In this document: positions 11,496-23,237 of the stretch, piece after piece
How positions within the stretch are numbered: the first letter of the stretch is position 1
Layout of the letters: each line of letters starts with the position of its first letter
Assembly: GCA_965219455.1 (NCBI GenBank)
Contig: OZ244744.1
Span: forward strand, 2,848,001 to 2,912,000
Length of the DNA stretch: 64,000 nt
Direction: 5' to 3'
From: Candidatus Latescibacterota bacterium
GTDB lineage: Bacteria; Latescibacterota; UBA2968; GCA-2709665
Notes under the pieces: generated by a model
What the model was told of the DNA's origin: nothing
What the model saw: the letters and a program-made list of their open reading frames with translations, nothing else
The model's database searches: none
Translations under genes and position numbers: made by a program

Positions 11496-12332
11496 TTGAA
11501 CCGAATCTATTTCATCTCCGACGTCCATATCGGGGCGCCGGACATTGGAGCCGGCGCCCGTGAGCGGGAAGACGTCCTGATCGACTTTCTGAAGTCCATC
11601 CGCCACGACGCGCGGGCGCTCTATATCGTCGGCGACCTCTTTGACTTCTGGTTCGAATACCGCACGACGATCCCTTCGAGCGGCGCCCGCGTACTATTCG
11701 AACTCTACAACCTGGTCGAGGCGGGCGTGAACGTGATTTACCTGCCGGGAAATCACGACCTCTGGCCGGGCGAATACTTCTCCGGGCAGGTCGGCATTGA
11801 ACTCCCGGGCGGTCCGATCACGGTCAGCCATCAGGGACTCAAAATCCACATTGCCCACGGAGACGAAATTCGGACCGACTGGCAATTCCGGCTCAGCCGC
11901 GGCGTCCTGAAAAACCGGTTCTGCGTGGCCCTTTTTCGCCTGCTTCACCCGGACCTGGGGGCCATCCTCGCCAGGTCCACCTCCCGTCTCTCCGAGTTCC
12001 GCATCCGGCGCCGGGGTCCCGGCAACCGGGATATTCTTTATCGGGCAGCCGGCGAAAAAATCGAGGAAGGCTTCGACATCGTAATCCACGGCCACTACCA
12101 CTTTTCTCTTCACGCTCGCGTGGGCGGTTCAGCCGTCGAGCAAGCAGGTCCCAGGGTGTGTCCCGGGAATCATGCCGATGGAGCCGCCGAACGCAGCGGG
12201 GAACTCGTCGTCCTGGGCGACTGGATTCAGCAATACACTTACGCGGTATTGGAAGGGGGCAGAATCCAGCTCAAGAAATGGGAAAAGGGCGGTTCACCTG
12301 AGCAGGTGATTGGCCTGGAAGGAGCCGAGTAA
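11496..12332 (+). CDS. lpxH: UDP-2,3-diacylglucosamine diphosphatase (metallophosphoesterase)
   Basis: FISDVH, GDLFDFW, GNHD, HGD, HGHYH, LGDW motifs; TTG start inferred. Confidence 0.82.
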   Translation: MNRIYFISDVHIGAPDIGAGAREREDVLIDFLKSIRHDARALYIVGDLFDFWFEYRTTIPSSGARVLFELYNLVEAGVNVIYLPGNHDLWPGEYFSGQVGIELPGGPITVSHQGLKIHIAHGDEIRTDWQFRLSRGVLKNRFCVALFRLLHPDLGAILARSTSRLSEFRIRRRGPGNRDILYRAAGEKIEEGFDIVIHGHYHFSLHARVGGSAVEQAGPRVCPGNHADGAAERSGELVVLGDWIQQYTYAVLEGGRIQLKKWEKGGSPEQVIGLEGAE

Positions 12333-12394
12333 CGAAATTGCGCCGCGCCAACGACTCCTCCTGAACCCATTCCGAGACTCGCAGAGGCGTTTTT

Positions 12395-13885
12395 ATGATT
12401 CTTTCCATCGATCAGGGCACCACGGGCACGACCGTGCTCGTTATCAACCGGACAGGTGCTATCGCCGGCCGCGCCTACGCGGAATTCAGCCAGATTTATC
12501 CGCGGTCCGGGTGGGTTTCTCACAATGCGGAGGAAATCTGGCGTTCCACGGGCGCCGTGATCGCTGACGCGATCCGAAACGCGGGCGTCCGCCCTGCGGA
12601 CCTCGCGGGCATCGGGATTGCCAACCAGCGAGAAACCACCGTCCTGTGGGACCGGCGCTCGGGTGAACCCGTCCACGACGCCATTGTATGGCAATGCCGC
12701 CGCACCGCCGACCTGTGCCGTGGCTTCCGGGAACGGGGGATCGAGGAAATGGTCCGAAAAAAAACGGGCCTCGTCATTGACCCCTACTTTTCTGCGACCA
12801 AAATCGTCTGGCTTCTGGAAAACGTACCCGGACTCCGTCGCCGTGCCGAGAATGGCGACATCTGTTTCGGAACCATCGACACCTATCTCCTCCACCGTCT
12901 CACCAACGGCAAGGTACACGCGACGGATCTCACCAACGCCTCACGCACCATGTGTTTCAATATCCACGCGAAGGCGTGGGACGCGGATTTGCTGGACGCG
13001 TTCAATATTCCGCGGGCCATCCTCCCGGAGGTTCACCCCTCCGCGCACCTGTTCGGCAAAACCGCTGCCGTGGCATCCCTGCCGGAAGACATCCCCATCG
13101 CCGGTATTGCGGGAGACCAGCAAGCCGCGCTTTTCGGGCAGCGCGGCGTATCCGAGGGCGACGTCAAGAACACTTACGGCACCGGTTGCTTCGCCCTGTT
13201 CCAAACGGGCCCGAACGCTTTCCCGTCGCGGAACGGCCTGCTCACCACGCTCGCGTGCGATTCCCGCGGCGGCCCGGCCTTTGCCCTTGAAGGCTCCGTT
13301 TTCAGCGCCGGTTCAGCCGTTCAATGGTTGCGCGACGGCCTCGGTCTCATCGCGCGTGCGGCCGAAACGGAAGCCCTCGCCCGATCGGTTCCGGACAATG
13401 GCGGCGTCTACCTGGTACCCGCATTCACGGGCCTCGGCGCGCCTTATTGGGATCCGGATACCCGGGGGACGATCGTCGGCATCAACCGGGGTACCAAACG
13501 CGCCCACCTCGCGCGCGCCGCCCTGGAATCCATCGCCTACCAGAGCGCCGCCCTTGTGGACGCCATGGCCGCCGATACGGGACGTCCGGTTACAGGTATG
13601 CGCGTAGACGGCGGCGCTTCCGCCAACGATTTCCTGATGCAGTTCCAGGCCGATATCCTCAATTCGCCAGTCATCCGTCCCCGCCATACGGAGACCACCG
13701 CCATGGGCGCCGCCATGCTCGCGGGCCTCGCGACCGGCTTCTGGACGGGACCCGACGCGCTTTCGGACCTGAACCCTCCCGAACGCTCGTTCGAACCCTC
13801 CATGTCCGAAGAAAAGCGCGACGCCCTGCTCAAACGTTGGCGCCGCGCCGTACAGACCGCCAGGTACCACGGGAATCAGGAATAA
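12395..13885 (+). CDS. glpK: Glycerol kinase
   Basis: DQGTTGT, NQRETT, WQCRRT, DPYFSATK, GDQQAALFG, KNTYGTG, GLGAPYWD. Confidence 0.96.
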   Translation: MILSIDQGTTGTTVLVINRTGAIAGRAYAEFSQIYPRSGWVSHNAEEIWRSTGAVIADAIRNAGVRPADLAGIGIANQRETTVLWDRRSGEPVHDAIVWQCRRTADLCRGFRERGIEEMVRKKTGLVIDPYFSATKIVWLLENVPGLRRRAENGDICFGTIDTYLLHRLTNGKVHATDLTNASRTMCFNIHAKAWDADLLDAFNIPRAILPEVHPSAHLFGKTAAVASLPEDIPIAGIAGDQQAALFGQRGVSEGDVKNTYGTGCFALFQTGPNAFPSRNGLLTTLACDSRGGPAFALEGSVFSAGSAVQWLRDGLGLIARAAETEALARSVPDNGGVYLVPAFTGLGAPYWDPDTRGTIVGINRGTKRAHLARAALESIAYQSAALVDAMAADTGRPVTGMRVDGGASANDFLMQFQADILNSPVIRPRHTETTAMGAAMLAGLATGFWTGPDALSDLNPPERSFEPSMSEEKRDALLKRWRRAVQTARYHGNQE

Positions 13886-14079
13886 AAAAAAGCGATCAAA
13901 CGGATCGCTAATGTAGATGACAAAGGACGGAAAACAGCGTTCAAGGCTCCTTACCTGACCTGGGTTTGCCGACGCGTGGTCGTTGAGCTTGTCGAAATGT
14001 GCACACTGAGCCTGTCGAAGTGCCCGCGTTTCGGCGCCTTTGAGATACAATCTCCACCACCCTCTAACTTCCCCTATTT

Positions 14080-14310
14080 CCTTGTCCTTTTTCTTGCTTC
14101 GCCCAGGAAAAAGGACGAAAAAGAAGGGCGCCGCTCGGCGCGGAGCCGGTTTTTCCGTGAATTACCTCCGGGGTATAAACAGGAATTGGGTGGCCTACAA
14201 GCCCTCCTGGCACTCCCGGCCTACGGAGATGTACGGAATGACACGGAAAAACCCCCCACGCCACCACCGGATGGCCATGAGGTATACCGTGAAGGCGTTT
14301 TGAACGTGTA
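14080..14310 (+). repeat. Dispersed structured element, copy 3
   Basis: 3' part nearly identical to 6061-6128; same hairpins. Confidence 0.85.
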
Positions 14311-14869
14311 TTCGTTATTCCAACCGAAAAGTTCCAAGCCGGCTGGCCAGATTGAAGTATTCACGATCATCCACGGCGTGGAGCGTCATTGCAGTAAGGA
14401 CACTCTTTTTCTTCAATGGGAAAAGAACGATGTACCATACCAGAAGACCAACAATGCCAAATGGCCATGCACCGGTGAAAGTCAGATAAACGGCCACCGC
14501 CGAGTTACCCCCCTCGGCGAACGGTTTGAGGCTTGTCTGTCAAGCCCTTGTTTTGATACCACTGGCGATAACCCTCGCGCGGGCTGGCCTCTTTTGGGGA
14601 TCTGTAGCCCCACCGTTAGACCAGAATCGGTATTGACCAAAAAAAGGTGCACGTAGTTACGGCTAATCTGATCATCGATAGCATATCACATCTGTGAAAC
14701 CGTCTTGGCTGCCTAGCGTGAAAAAACGCCGCGTAGGTACACCCTCAGGAACAAAACCTTCTCGCAGTCTTCGGCGACATGGATGCTGTTATCACCAAAG
14801 CCCCGGCTGCTGCTTTGGCCCTCACTGTATCCGCGGTTCAGGCCTGCGGCCGGCCGCGGGGTGTGACTC

Positions 14870-16909
14870 TCAGTACCACCTCACCCTGAAGCGCGTGTCC
14901 GCCGAAGCCCTTCGGCCGGTGTGCAGGTCCACCACCACCACTCTGAACACCCTCAGCCCCGGCGATGCGCCGTCCATATCCATGCGCAGGTGGTGCGGCT
15001 CCCAAGTCCGGCCGCCCGTGTACGAGTAAGAAACGGCCGTCGTCCAGTCGGCCAAGGTGGTGCCCGCGTCCCCCTTGGGCAATGTCTGCATGTGATAACT
15101 TATGCGGTAGTGTGTGGTTCCGTTTTTGTCGCGAGAAAGATTGTAGATTTCGAAATAGAACCACGCCCTCCCTTGCCTTCGGCACACCTGCAAAGGATTC
15201 GGAAGCACTGCAAACTTGTCCCGGCCGTATGGCGCGTTCTCCCGCATCTGAATGCGCCGCGCCAACAACAGACTGCTGATCTCTATTGAGTCCCGTCCGA
15301 AGGTTTTTACCCGCAACCGATCTCGAAACGTGCCCACCCGCTTCGTGGCCCGATCTTCTACTTCGCTGGCCAGAAAATACATCCCAGGCTCAAGGACCAT
15401 GCGTTCCGATGCCAGCAGGAAGCCGTCTTCTGAGGGTCCATACGCAACCCGTGGCATCCGATCCACGCGAACGACGTTGTGCCGAACGGTGTCCCAGTCG
15501 GAATCGAAAAGAAAAAGCGCCTGCCTTACGTCCACCGCTGCATTCCCCTTTCCGCTCGCAACCACATGTCCGACTTTTTCGTCCAGAAGCGCGTAATACA
15601 CTTCGACGCGCGTATTGCCGTCGTGATGCCGAAACTGCGCAGTCTGGAATTGCACGTCATACTGCAATGGATGCTGATAGATGTCCGGTACCTCCTCCAT
15701 CAGTTGTTCAAGTGTCAATCGCTTGTTTCCCATCTTGGCCGTTCCGAACTGCCAGGAGTCCCAGGAAACCGAATTGCCAAATATCACGGTAAATGGGCCA
15801 TAGCCCCATACTTCCTTACGTCCACTAACGGGATTTCTCATGTACCTGACACGCGGGTCTCCGTATCGGATGTAGATCTGCCCCCTGTCGGTCTGCCAGC
15901 CCTCCCGTACATGAATGGGATCGGAAAAGCGCAGGTTCGCGTAGGCCACGCGTCGGCACTGTTCCAGCAAGCGTTCGTTGACCGATGTCAGGTAGATCGG
16001 GTCCTTTCGTAGCCAGAACTTCCGGATTTCCTCGTCGCTCGGGGGTGGTTCACCGTTTTTTTCGGCAGGGTTTCGGATCAGGAAAATTGACTGCATGAAC
16101 CTACGGGCCGTATCGGTCATTCGGTTCAGCCCGTCCCCGTACGCCCGATAGGCCGCTTCTAGGTCGCCCTTCATCTGATAGCCCAGGCCCACGAAAAAGT
16201 GGGCGTTCCAATTTCCGGGACGCTGTTTTCGATAGGCCTCAAAGAGGTCGATCAGTGGCCCGAACATCTCGGCCGCGTAGTAGGACAGCCCGAGATACTG
16301 GTACGACGGCCAGTGTACGGGATCCACGGTGATGGCGCGGGTCAGGTACGCGATTCCACGGTCTATACCCAGATCCCAGTATTCGACGTCTGTCAGCGTT
16401 TTTCCGCCGTCGAAGGAATATCTCCGGAGCGTCCCCTCGGTTTGACCTTTAGGTATATCCGTAAAATAGGTTATCTCCCAGGACCAGACCGCGAAACGCC
16501 CTGCCCAAAACAGGCCCTCTAAATTGTCTGGATCCAGCGCCAGCATCTTGAGTGCTTTCCGGTAGGTATTCGGGCGCTGCGGTGTCCACCAATGCAACTC
16601 GGCGGAAGTTGCGAGATAATCCAGGTTTTCGCGCTCCCGTGTCAGAGCGCGCAGCAGCCATCTGGCCGCCGTCTGACGGGATACCGGCGTCCACTTCGCC
16701 ATGTAGAGTCGCGCCAGGGCGTGCATCGACTTTCCTGAGCGGTCATGCCCCAGCGCACGTTTCATCAGGGCTTTGCGCTGGTCATAATCGAGTAGCGTAT
16801 CGCCCGCAGCGGCCAGCAGGGAGTCCACCCTCGCAGGATCGGATCGTCCGGCATCGACGCGGCTGGTACTCAAGGCGACCAAAAAGATCGTAATCGTGAT
16901 CCCAATCAT
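14870..16909 (-). CDS. GWxTD domain-containing protein with N-terminal TPRs, secreted
   Basis: Signal peptide MIGITITIFLVALS; FW..KDP...NERLLEQCRRVAYAN..F; canonical GWQTDRGQIYIRYGDP; C-terminal beta-sandwich (YFEIYNL). Confidence 0.88.
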   Translation of the reverse strand: MIGITITIFLVALSTSRVDAGRSDPARVDSLLAAAGDTLLDYDQRKALMKRALGHDRSGKSMHALARLYMAKWTPVSRQTAARWLLRALTRERENLDYLATSAELHWWTPQRPNTYRKALKMLALDPDNLEGLFWAGRFAVWSWEITYFTDIPKGQTEGTLRRYSFDGGKTLTDVEYWDLGIDRGIAYLTRAITVDPVHWPSYQYLGLSYYAAEMFGPLIDLFEAYRKQRPGNWNAHFFVGLGYQMKGDLEAAYRAYGDGLNRMTDTARRFMQSIFLIRNPAEKNGEPPPSDEEIRKFWLRKDPIYLTSVNERLLEQCRRVAYANLRFSDPIHVREGWQTDRGQIYIRYGDPRVRYMRNPVSGRKEVWGYGPFTVIFGNSVSWDSWQFGTAKMGNKRLTLEQLMEEVPDIYQHPLQYDVQFQTAQFRHHDGNTRVEVYYALLDEKVGHVVASGKGNAAVDVRQALFLFDSDWDTVRHNVVRVDRMPRVAYGPSEDGFLLASERMVLEPGMYFLASEVEDRATKRVGTFRDRLRVKTFGRDSIEISSLLLARRIQMRENAPYGRDKFAVLPNPLQVCRRQGRAWFYFEIYNLSRDKNGTTHYRISYHMQTLPKGDAGTTLADWTTAVSYSYTGGRTWEPHHLRMDMDGASPGLRVFRVVVVDLHTGRRASADTRFRVRWY

Positions 16910-17053
16910 TCGCGGAACTCCGTGCTGTGCTCGAACAGAACGGTGAAGTTGTGGGATGTGCCTAAAGCATGTGATGACCACAGAGCCATGACAAGAAACA
17001 GGACGCTGTCGCCAGCCACGGGGATTCGGAATGCTTCCTTTCCAGGAGGTAGG

Positions 17054-17084
17054 ACACATCTTGCGAGGTTCGAGTTCAATAAAT
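17054..17084 (-). promoter_or_regulatory. Shared motif ATTTATTGAAC-N16-GTGTC upstream of GWxTD gene (ECF-sigma-like)
   Basis: Same sequence and spacing as at 38131-38162 and 56108-56139. Confidence 0.5.
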
Positions 17085-17912
17085 TTAGAGACGATCAGTT
17101 TAATCCATAAAGCAAATACGCCCCAGAACCCGGGACGTTCGCTGTTTTTTCACGTTTGCCACGCGCCTACGTTCAGCAGCATCCCGCCACCCAAGGGCAA
17201 GCTGGCGCGCGGTAAGTCCCTGAGCGAAGTTCAGCTGAATGGGAGCTGCCTCGCTCAGGCGGACGGGAGTTTAAGGCTTGAATGTCAATGCCTTGCCTTG
17301 ATACCCCCGACGATAACCCGAGCGCGGCTGGCCTTTATCCGGGGTCTGCGGATCCGCGGTCAGTCCAGAATTGGTTCCGCTGGAGAAAGACTGCACGTAG
17401 CTACGGGAAATTCGAATGCAAATCGGTTCCCGTTTGTCAACCTGTCATGGTTGTACTTCCGGAAAAAACGCTGCGTTGGTGCACCCTCACAGAACAATCC
17501 CTTCCCGAAGTCTTCTGTGCCGTGGATGCCGGATATTCAGTCGGCCAGTGCTATTCCAAGGTCTGCACGTCGCAATCCCATCTCCTCCTGAGCAGGTAAA
17601 CCTTCCGTGGTCGACTTCAGCGGACTCTGTTCGCTATGTCCGCCTCGGAACGCCGTAAGCCGCCATCTAAGCCACGCCGGGCAATGCGACCCATTTTCCC
17701 TGTCATCGTTTCTTCTTGACAATTAGCCAGTAAGTGGTGAATTTATTGCGTGCTATGGCATATGCGCCCCCCGGAGGATAGTATTCTCCGGCCCGACGCC
17801 CGCTGTCTTTGACAGGGGCGTTTCTTTTTTGAAAAGATGATGTCCTGGACCCGGTGCTGAATACAATTCCGAATCGCTCCCCCGGCTGATGTACTGACGA
17901 GCGGACCTTCGT

Positions 17913-19586
17913 TCACTCATCCGTCACGCAACCCTCGGAAGCCGTCGTCACGGTCTTGATATATTTGTAAAGCGTCCCCTGCGTGGCCTTGTACGGCGGC
18001 GCCACCCAGGCCGCACGTCGTTTCGCCAGTTCCTCGTCACTCAGGTCCACGTTGATCTCGTTGGTTTCCGCGTCGATGGTAATCACGTCCCCATTTTCGA
18101 TCAGGGCGATCGCGCCGCCCTCCTGGGCTTCGGGCGTAATATGCCCCACGACGAACCCGTGCGAACCGCCTGAAAACCGTCCGTCCGTAATCAGCGCCAC
18201 GTCGTTTCCAAGGCCTGCGCCCACAATCACCGACGTGGGCGTGAGCATCTCCGGCATACCCGGTCCGCCCGTTGGCCCTTCGTAACGGATGACGATCACA
18301 CATCCCTTCTGCACCTCGTTTCGCTCAACGGCGCCGAGCAGATCTTCCTCCCGGTCGAACACCATCGCAGGCCCGGAGAACCGCACCCCTTCCTTTCCCG
18401 TGATCTTGGCGACCGCGCCTTCGGACGCCAGGTTTCCCCTCAGAATCCGCAGATGCCCCGTGGCCTTGATCGGCCGGTCCATCGGCCGAACCACCTGCTG
18501 TCCCTCGTCGAGCCCGGGCAACTCCGCGAGGTTCTCCGCAATCGTCCTGCCCGTTACCGTCAGGCAGTCTCCATGCAGAAAGCCGTTTTCCAGCAGAACC
18601 TTCATCGCGCCCGGTGTTCCGCCCACGTTATGCAGATCTTCCATTACGTAAAGCCCGCTGGGCTTGAAGTCCGCCAACAACGGCACCCGGTCGCTCACCG
18701 CCTGAAAATCATCGATCGTAAGCGGGACGCCCACAGACTTCGCAATCGCAACCAGGTGCAGCACCGCGTTGGTCGATCCGCCCATGGCCATCACGACGAC
18801 CATTGCGTTCTCCAACGCCTGGCGGGTCATGATATCCCGGGGTTTGATGTCCTGCTCGAGCAAGTTCCGGATGGCCGCGCCGGACTTGAAGCACTCCTCC
18901 AGTTTTCCCTTGTCCACGGCAGGCGTCGAAGAGCTATATGGCAGCGACATGCCCATCGCTTCGATGGCGGACGCCATCGTATTCGCGGTGTACATCCCGC
19001 CGCACGCTCCGGCCCCCGGGCAGGCGTGCTGCACCACGCTCTTCCAACCCTCCTCATCCAGATCGCCCGCCAGGTACTCACCGTAACTCTGAAATGCGGA
19101 CACGATGTCGAGCTTTTTGTGGTCACGGAAACCCGGTTTGATCGTACCTCCATAAATCATCAGAGACGGCCGGTTCAACCGCCCCATGGCCATCACACAG
19201 CCCGGCATATTCTTATCGCAGCCCGGGAGGGATACGTTGGCGTCGTACCACTGCGCGCCCATCACCGTTTCAATGGAATCCGCAATCAGGTCTCGCGACT
19301 GAAGCGAAAAACTCATGCCCTCCGTACCCATCGAAATGCCGTCGCTCACGCCTATGGTGTTGAATCGCATGCCCAGCAGACCGGCCGCATCCACGCCCTG
19401 CTTCACCTTTGCCGCAAGGTCCAGCAGGTGCATATTGCAGGTATTGCCCTCGTACCACATGCTGGCGATACCGATCTGCGCTTTGTCCATATCCGCTTCG
19501 GTCATTCCCGTACCGTACAACATCGCCTGTGAAGCCCCCTGGGACTTCACCTGCGTTATCCGGGAGCTGTACTTGTTCAGCGTCAT
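17913..19586 (-). CDS. ilvD: Dihydroxy-acid dehydratase
   Basis: [52 protein letters not shown]. Confidence 0.97.
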   Translation of the reverse strand: MTLNKYSSRITQVKSQGASQAMLYGTGMTEADMDKAQIGIASMWYEGNTCNMHLLDLAAKVKQGVDAAGLLGMRFNTIGVSDGISMGTEGMSFSLQSRDLIADSIETVMGAQWYDANVSLPGCDKNMPGCVMAMGRLNRPSLMIYGGTIKPGFRDHKKLDIVSAFQSYGEYLAGDLDEEGWKSVVQHACPGAGACGGMYTANTMASAIEAMGMSLPYSSSTPAVDKGKLEECFKSGAAIRNLLEQDIKPRDIMTRQALENAMVVVMAMGGSTNAVLHLVAIAKSVGVPLTIDDFQAVSDRVPLLADFKPSGLYVMEDLHNVGGTPGAMKVLLENGFLHGDCLTVTGRTIAENLAELPGLDEGQQVVRPMDRPIKATGHLRILRGNLASEGAVAKITGKEGVRFSGPAMVFDREEDLLGAVERNEVQKGCVIVIRYEGPTGGPGMPEMLTPTSVIVGAGLGNDVALITDGRFSGGSHGFVVGHITPEAQEGGAIALIENGDVITIDAETNEINVDLSDEELAKRRAAWVAPPYKATQGTLYKYIKTVTTASEGCVTDE

Positions 19587-19796
19587 ATTTTCCCCTTCCC
19601 GATTGTCTCCCTGTAGTCGTCGTGAGTTCGTGCCCGGTCATTTCCATTTTGCACCCGGTACGCGTTACCTTAATTTAATCGAATCCACGAAACCCGTCAA
19701 CTGTCGGAAGGGAAGCTGTCAGCGATCAGCGGTCAGCAATCAGCTCAAAACCAAAAGCGAAAACCATGCTGCAAGATATCTGTACCGACGTGATCT

Positions 19797-19932
19797 CGGC
19801 GCGGGGCCGGTTTTTCCGTGAATCGCCTCATGGGCGCAAAATGGGATTGGGTGGCCTACAAGCCCTCTCGGAACTCCCGGCCTACGGAGATGTACGGAAT
19901 GACACGGAAAAACCCCCCACGCCACAGCCGGT
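19797..19932 (+). repeat. Dispersed structured element, copy 4 (5'-truncated)
   Basis: CGGCGCGGGGCCGGTTTTTCCGTG...CACGGAAAAACCCCCCACGCCAC, close to 14135-14265. Confidence 0.8.
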
Positions 19933-20084
19933 CGGGTGAGAGGCCAATGCGAAAAGCCGCGAATCCACTCGGGTCCCGTTTGGTTTACGGGGGCAACCCT
20001 TGTGGTTGCCCGAGCAAATAAAAATTTAAATTTCGTTGATTGACATCGCGTCTCCGTGTCGTTTACCTAGGCTGACCGCTATCT

Positions 20085-20842
<758 letters not shown>

Positions 20843-21332
20843 GCTGATAGCCAATTACTGCTCGCAACCAGGTAGCCACGCGCTTGTCTAACGCGATGGC
20901 TATCCGGAGCACTACCAGAACAGGGCGCGTTGTTCCGTCCTGCACCAAATTACGGTATCCACCGGGGTTGGCAGGGCAGCGGATCCGGTGGGTCCCGTGA
21001 CGTAATTCGCGCAATGTATATGAACGGCCCCGCGCCCAGCGGCGACTTTTGGTTCCTTTTGGTCGCGTCAAAAGGAACCCGCCAGAGGCAGGGAATATGG
21101 GGAGATGTTGAATTTGGTTTTCGCCTATTGATTTTTTGCTGACTGCTGTGCGCTGAAGGTTAAACGCTGTTTCACCCCGCGCACCGGACGGGCGGTTCAC
21201 GAACCGCCCCTACGAAATGCAGGCGACCGCGACCTAATATCGCCAGGCCGTATCGATGTCCGGTAGGTTGTGACGGGGTCCTCTCCCGCCTAACGTCTCC
21301 CCTCTCAACGATTTAAGGGGTGGTCTTTCCGG

Positions 21333-21959
21333 ATGGGTGCTATGGATTATAGTCTTCAAATCCGCATGAATATCTCCGCCGAGGCAATCGGCAGGTTGCC
21401 CGAACTGCCGTGCCCTCACGGTTACCATTTGCGGAAGCTGAGACCGGGCGACGAGGTTCATCTGCCCGAACTGATGGTATCGGCCGGCGTGGGGTGGACC
21501 CCTTTTGACGCGACCGGGATGGAGGAATACCTGGAAGCGCCGGACCGGTGGGACGGGTCGCGCGTGGTCGAGACCGATGGCCAACTGGCGGCGCTGTGTT
21601 TCGCGACACGGGGGGATGAAGTCGATCCGTCCTGGGGGCAGCTCGACTATGTGTGCGTTCGTCCAGGACACCGGGGCGCCGGACTCGGATTTCGCGTGTG
21701 CGCGGCGGTGCTTCAGTATCAACGCCGGCGCGGTTATCTCAACTCGACGTTGACCACACTCAGGGTGACGCCCGACAACCTTCAACTCGCGGCTATCAAA
21801 ACGTATCTCGGCCTGGGATTCCTTCCCGTCATGACCGAGCGCAATCAAAGGGTCTGCGAGACGGTGTACCGGGCGCCGGGTTGGCCGCTGCCCGTGAACT
21901 GGTGGCCGGCGGAGTCGCCTTTTCCACCGATCGATGAACCTAACGAGGGGACGCGGTGA
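21333..21959 (+). CDS. GNAT family N-acetyltransferase
   Basis: VCVRPGHRGAGLG acetyl-CoA motif A; AAIKTYLGLGF motif B. Confidence 0.85.
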   Translation: MGAMDYSLQIRMNISAEAIGRLPELPCPHGYHLRKLRPGDEVHLPELMVSAGVGWTPFDATGMEEYLEAPDRWDGSRVVETDGQLAALCFATRGDEVDPSWGQLDYVCVRPGHRGAGLGFRVCAAVLQYQRRRGYLNSTLTTLRVTPDNLQLAAIKTYLGLGFLPVMTERNQRVCETVYRAPGWPLPVNWWPAESPFPPIDEPNEGTR

Positions 21960-22073
21960 TGGCAGGCGTCTGGACGGCGCAGGCATGTGCCCGAGCACGC
22001 GCAGTGACCGCCACGGCATCAGGCCGGGGCATCGGATCGGCGCCCGCTTTACATCCCGGAAACGCCGCCCCGC

Positions 22074-22102
22074 TTGACAGGGACAGGCTGCCGGGCTATA
22101 TT
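22074..22102 (+). promoter_or_regulatory. sigma70 promoter for ssrA copy 1
   Basis: TTGACA-N17-TATATT about 100 nt upstream of the tmRNA. Confidence 0.7.
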
Positions 22103-22201
22103 TTCAGCCGTTCGGGCGGCCAGGCGGCCCGGGCTTTGTGTCCCGTCTCGGAATTATGTCACCATTCGGCAATCAATTTCCGGAACGGAACACGACTGTG
22201 T

Positions 22202-22561
22202 GGGGGCGACCTGGATTCGACGGGGGTGGAGAGGCGATGGCTGCGTGTCGAGGTCCCATAACCTCGTTAAACTGTGGGAAACCCATATAATTGCGGACAA
22301 TACGTACGCAATGGCTGCGTAACTAAAACGCAGCCCGTTCCGACGGGCCTCGCCTGCAGGGCCCGACCGGAGCGCCGACATATGCGGGCTGGCTCGCGGG
22401 CCTCCGTTCGAGGGCGCGAGAGCGAGATTGTATCGAACTGGCGTGCAGGCAACCCCGTTTACCGGGGCGCCCGCGCGTGAGATTCAATAGGTAAACTACA
22501 CACGTAGACGCTGTCGGTGATTTGCTTTCGGACGCGGGTTCGATTCCCGCCGCCTCCACCA
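22202..22561 (+). ncRNA. ssrA: tmRNA copy 1; tag (A)ADNTYAMAA
   Basis: 5' GGGGGCG pairs with 3' CGCCTCC-ACCA with G3.U; GGATTCGAC; T-arm GGTTCGATTCC; tag ORF ending AA-stop; 360 nt. Confidence 0.95.
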
Positions 22562-22674
22562 GATAAACACCAAATTGCATTCTACCAAACGAACGAATGG
22601 TAACTAAAAGTCACATTTGGGGGTAGACATGTGGGCTACTGGTGCTATGGACGGAATCGACAACGGAGGATGTA

Positions 22675-22878
22675 ATGGGAGTTGTTGATGTCGCACTGAG
22701 GTTGATTGAGCGGGTTAGACGTGGTGAGCGTCCTGAAGACGTGATTCAAGGAGATATGGAAGACCCTTTTCTGGCGCGGTCTTTGCAGATAGATGAAGAT
22801 ATTCGTACCGGTAAGAATCGTCCGTTATCGCAGGAGGAACAACGGCGGTTTATTGCAAAGATAAGACGGGGCAAGTAG
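22675..22878 (+). CDS. Putative antitoxin (small acidic protein)
   Basis: GGAGG RBS; stop overlaps start of the RelE-like gene. Confidence 0.6.
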   Translation: MGVVDVALRLIERVRRGERPEDVIQGDMEDPFLARSLQIDEDIRTGKNRPLSQEEQRRFIAKIRRGK

Positions 22879-23237
22879 TGGGCGGGGATCGGGGTCATCA
22901 GGAGCAGTCAAAGCCAGAAAATGCGGAGGAGCCGGAATATCAGGAAGTTATCATATACAGGCGTGTTTCACGGTTTATTGAGCGAAAGGTGCAACCGAAT
23001 GCGGGAAGTCGCGTTCTTGCGGCGATAGAAAGTCTCAAAGACCCAATGAATAGACGGGGATCTATCAAGATACAGGGTCGTCCTCCGAATGATCCGATGT
23101 TCAGAATTGACACGGGTGCTTATAGGATCTACTACAAGCGGATTGAGGGGAAAGTTCATGTGGTAGAGATGGAAAACCGGCAAAGTGCGTATGACAAGAA
23201 GCGGAGAGAGGGAAGAAGAATGTCCAGAATTCGATAG
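22878..23237 (+). CDS. RelE/ParE family toxin
   Basis: Basic ~110 aa; RVLAAIESLKDP...KIQG....FRIDTGAYRIYY....VHVVEMENRQSAY fits the RelE pattern. Confidence 0.75.
   Translation: MGGDRGHQEQSKPENAEEPEYQEVIIYRRVSRFIERKVQPNAGSRVLAAIESLKDPMNRRGSIKIQGRPPNDPMFRIDTGAYRIYYKRIEGKVHVVEMENRQSAYDKKRREGRRMSRIR

Noticed and set aside
12115-12200. Apparent ~25-aa insertion near the LpxH C-terminus as an inserted repeat
   Set aside because: No match to the repeat families in the window; likely a variable loop
13976-14656. 226-aa ORF, and 60-aa minus-strand ORF 14315..14497
   Set aside because: The first reads through repeat elements; the second is hydrophobic but short with no recognisable family, so unsupported
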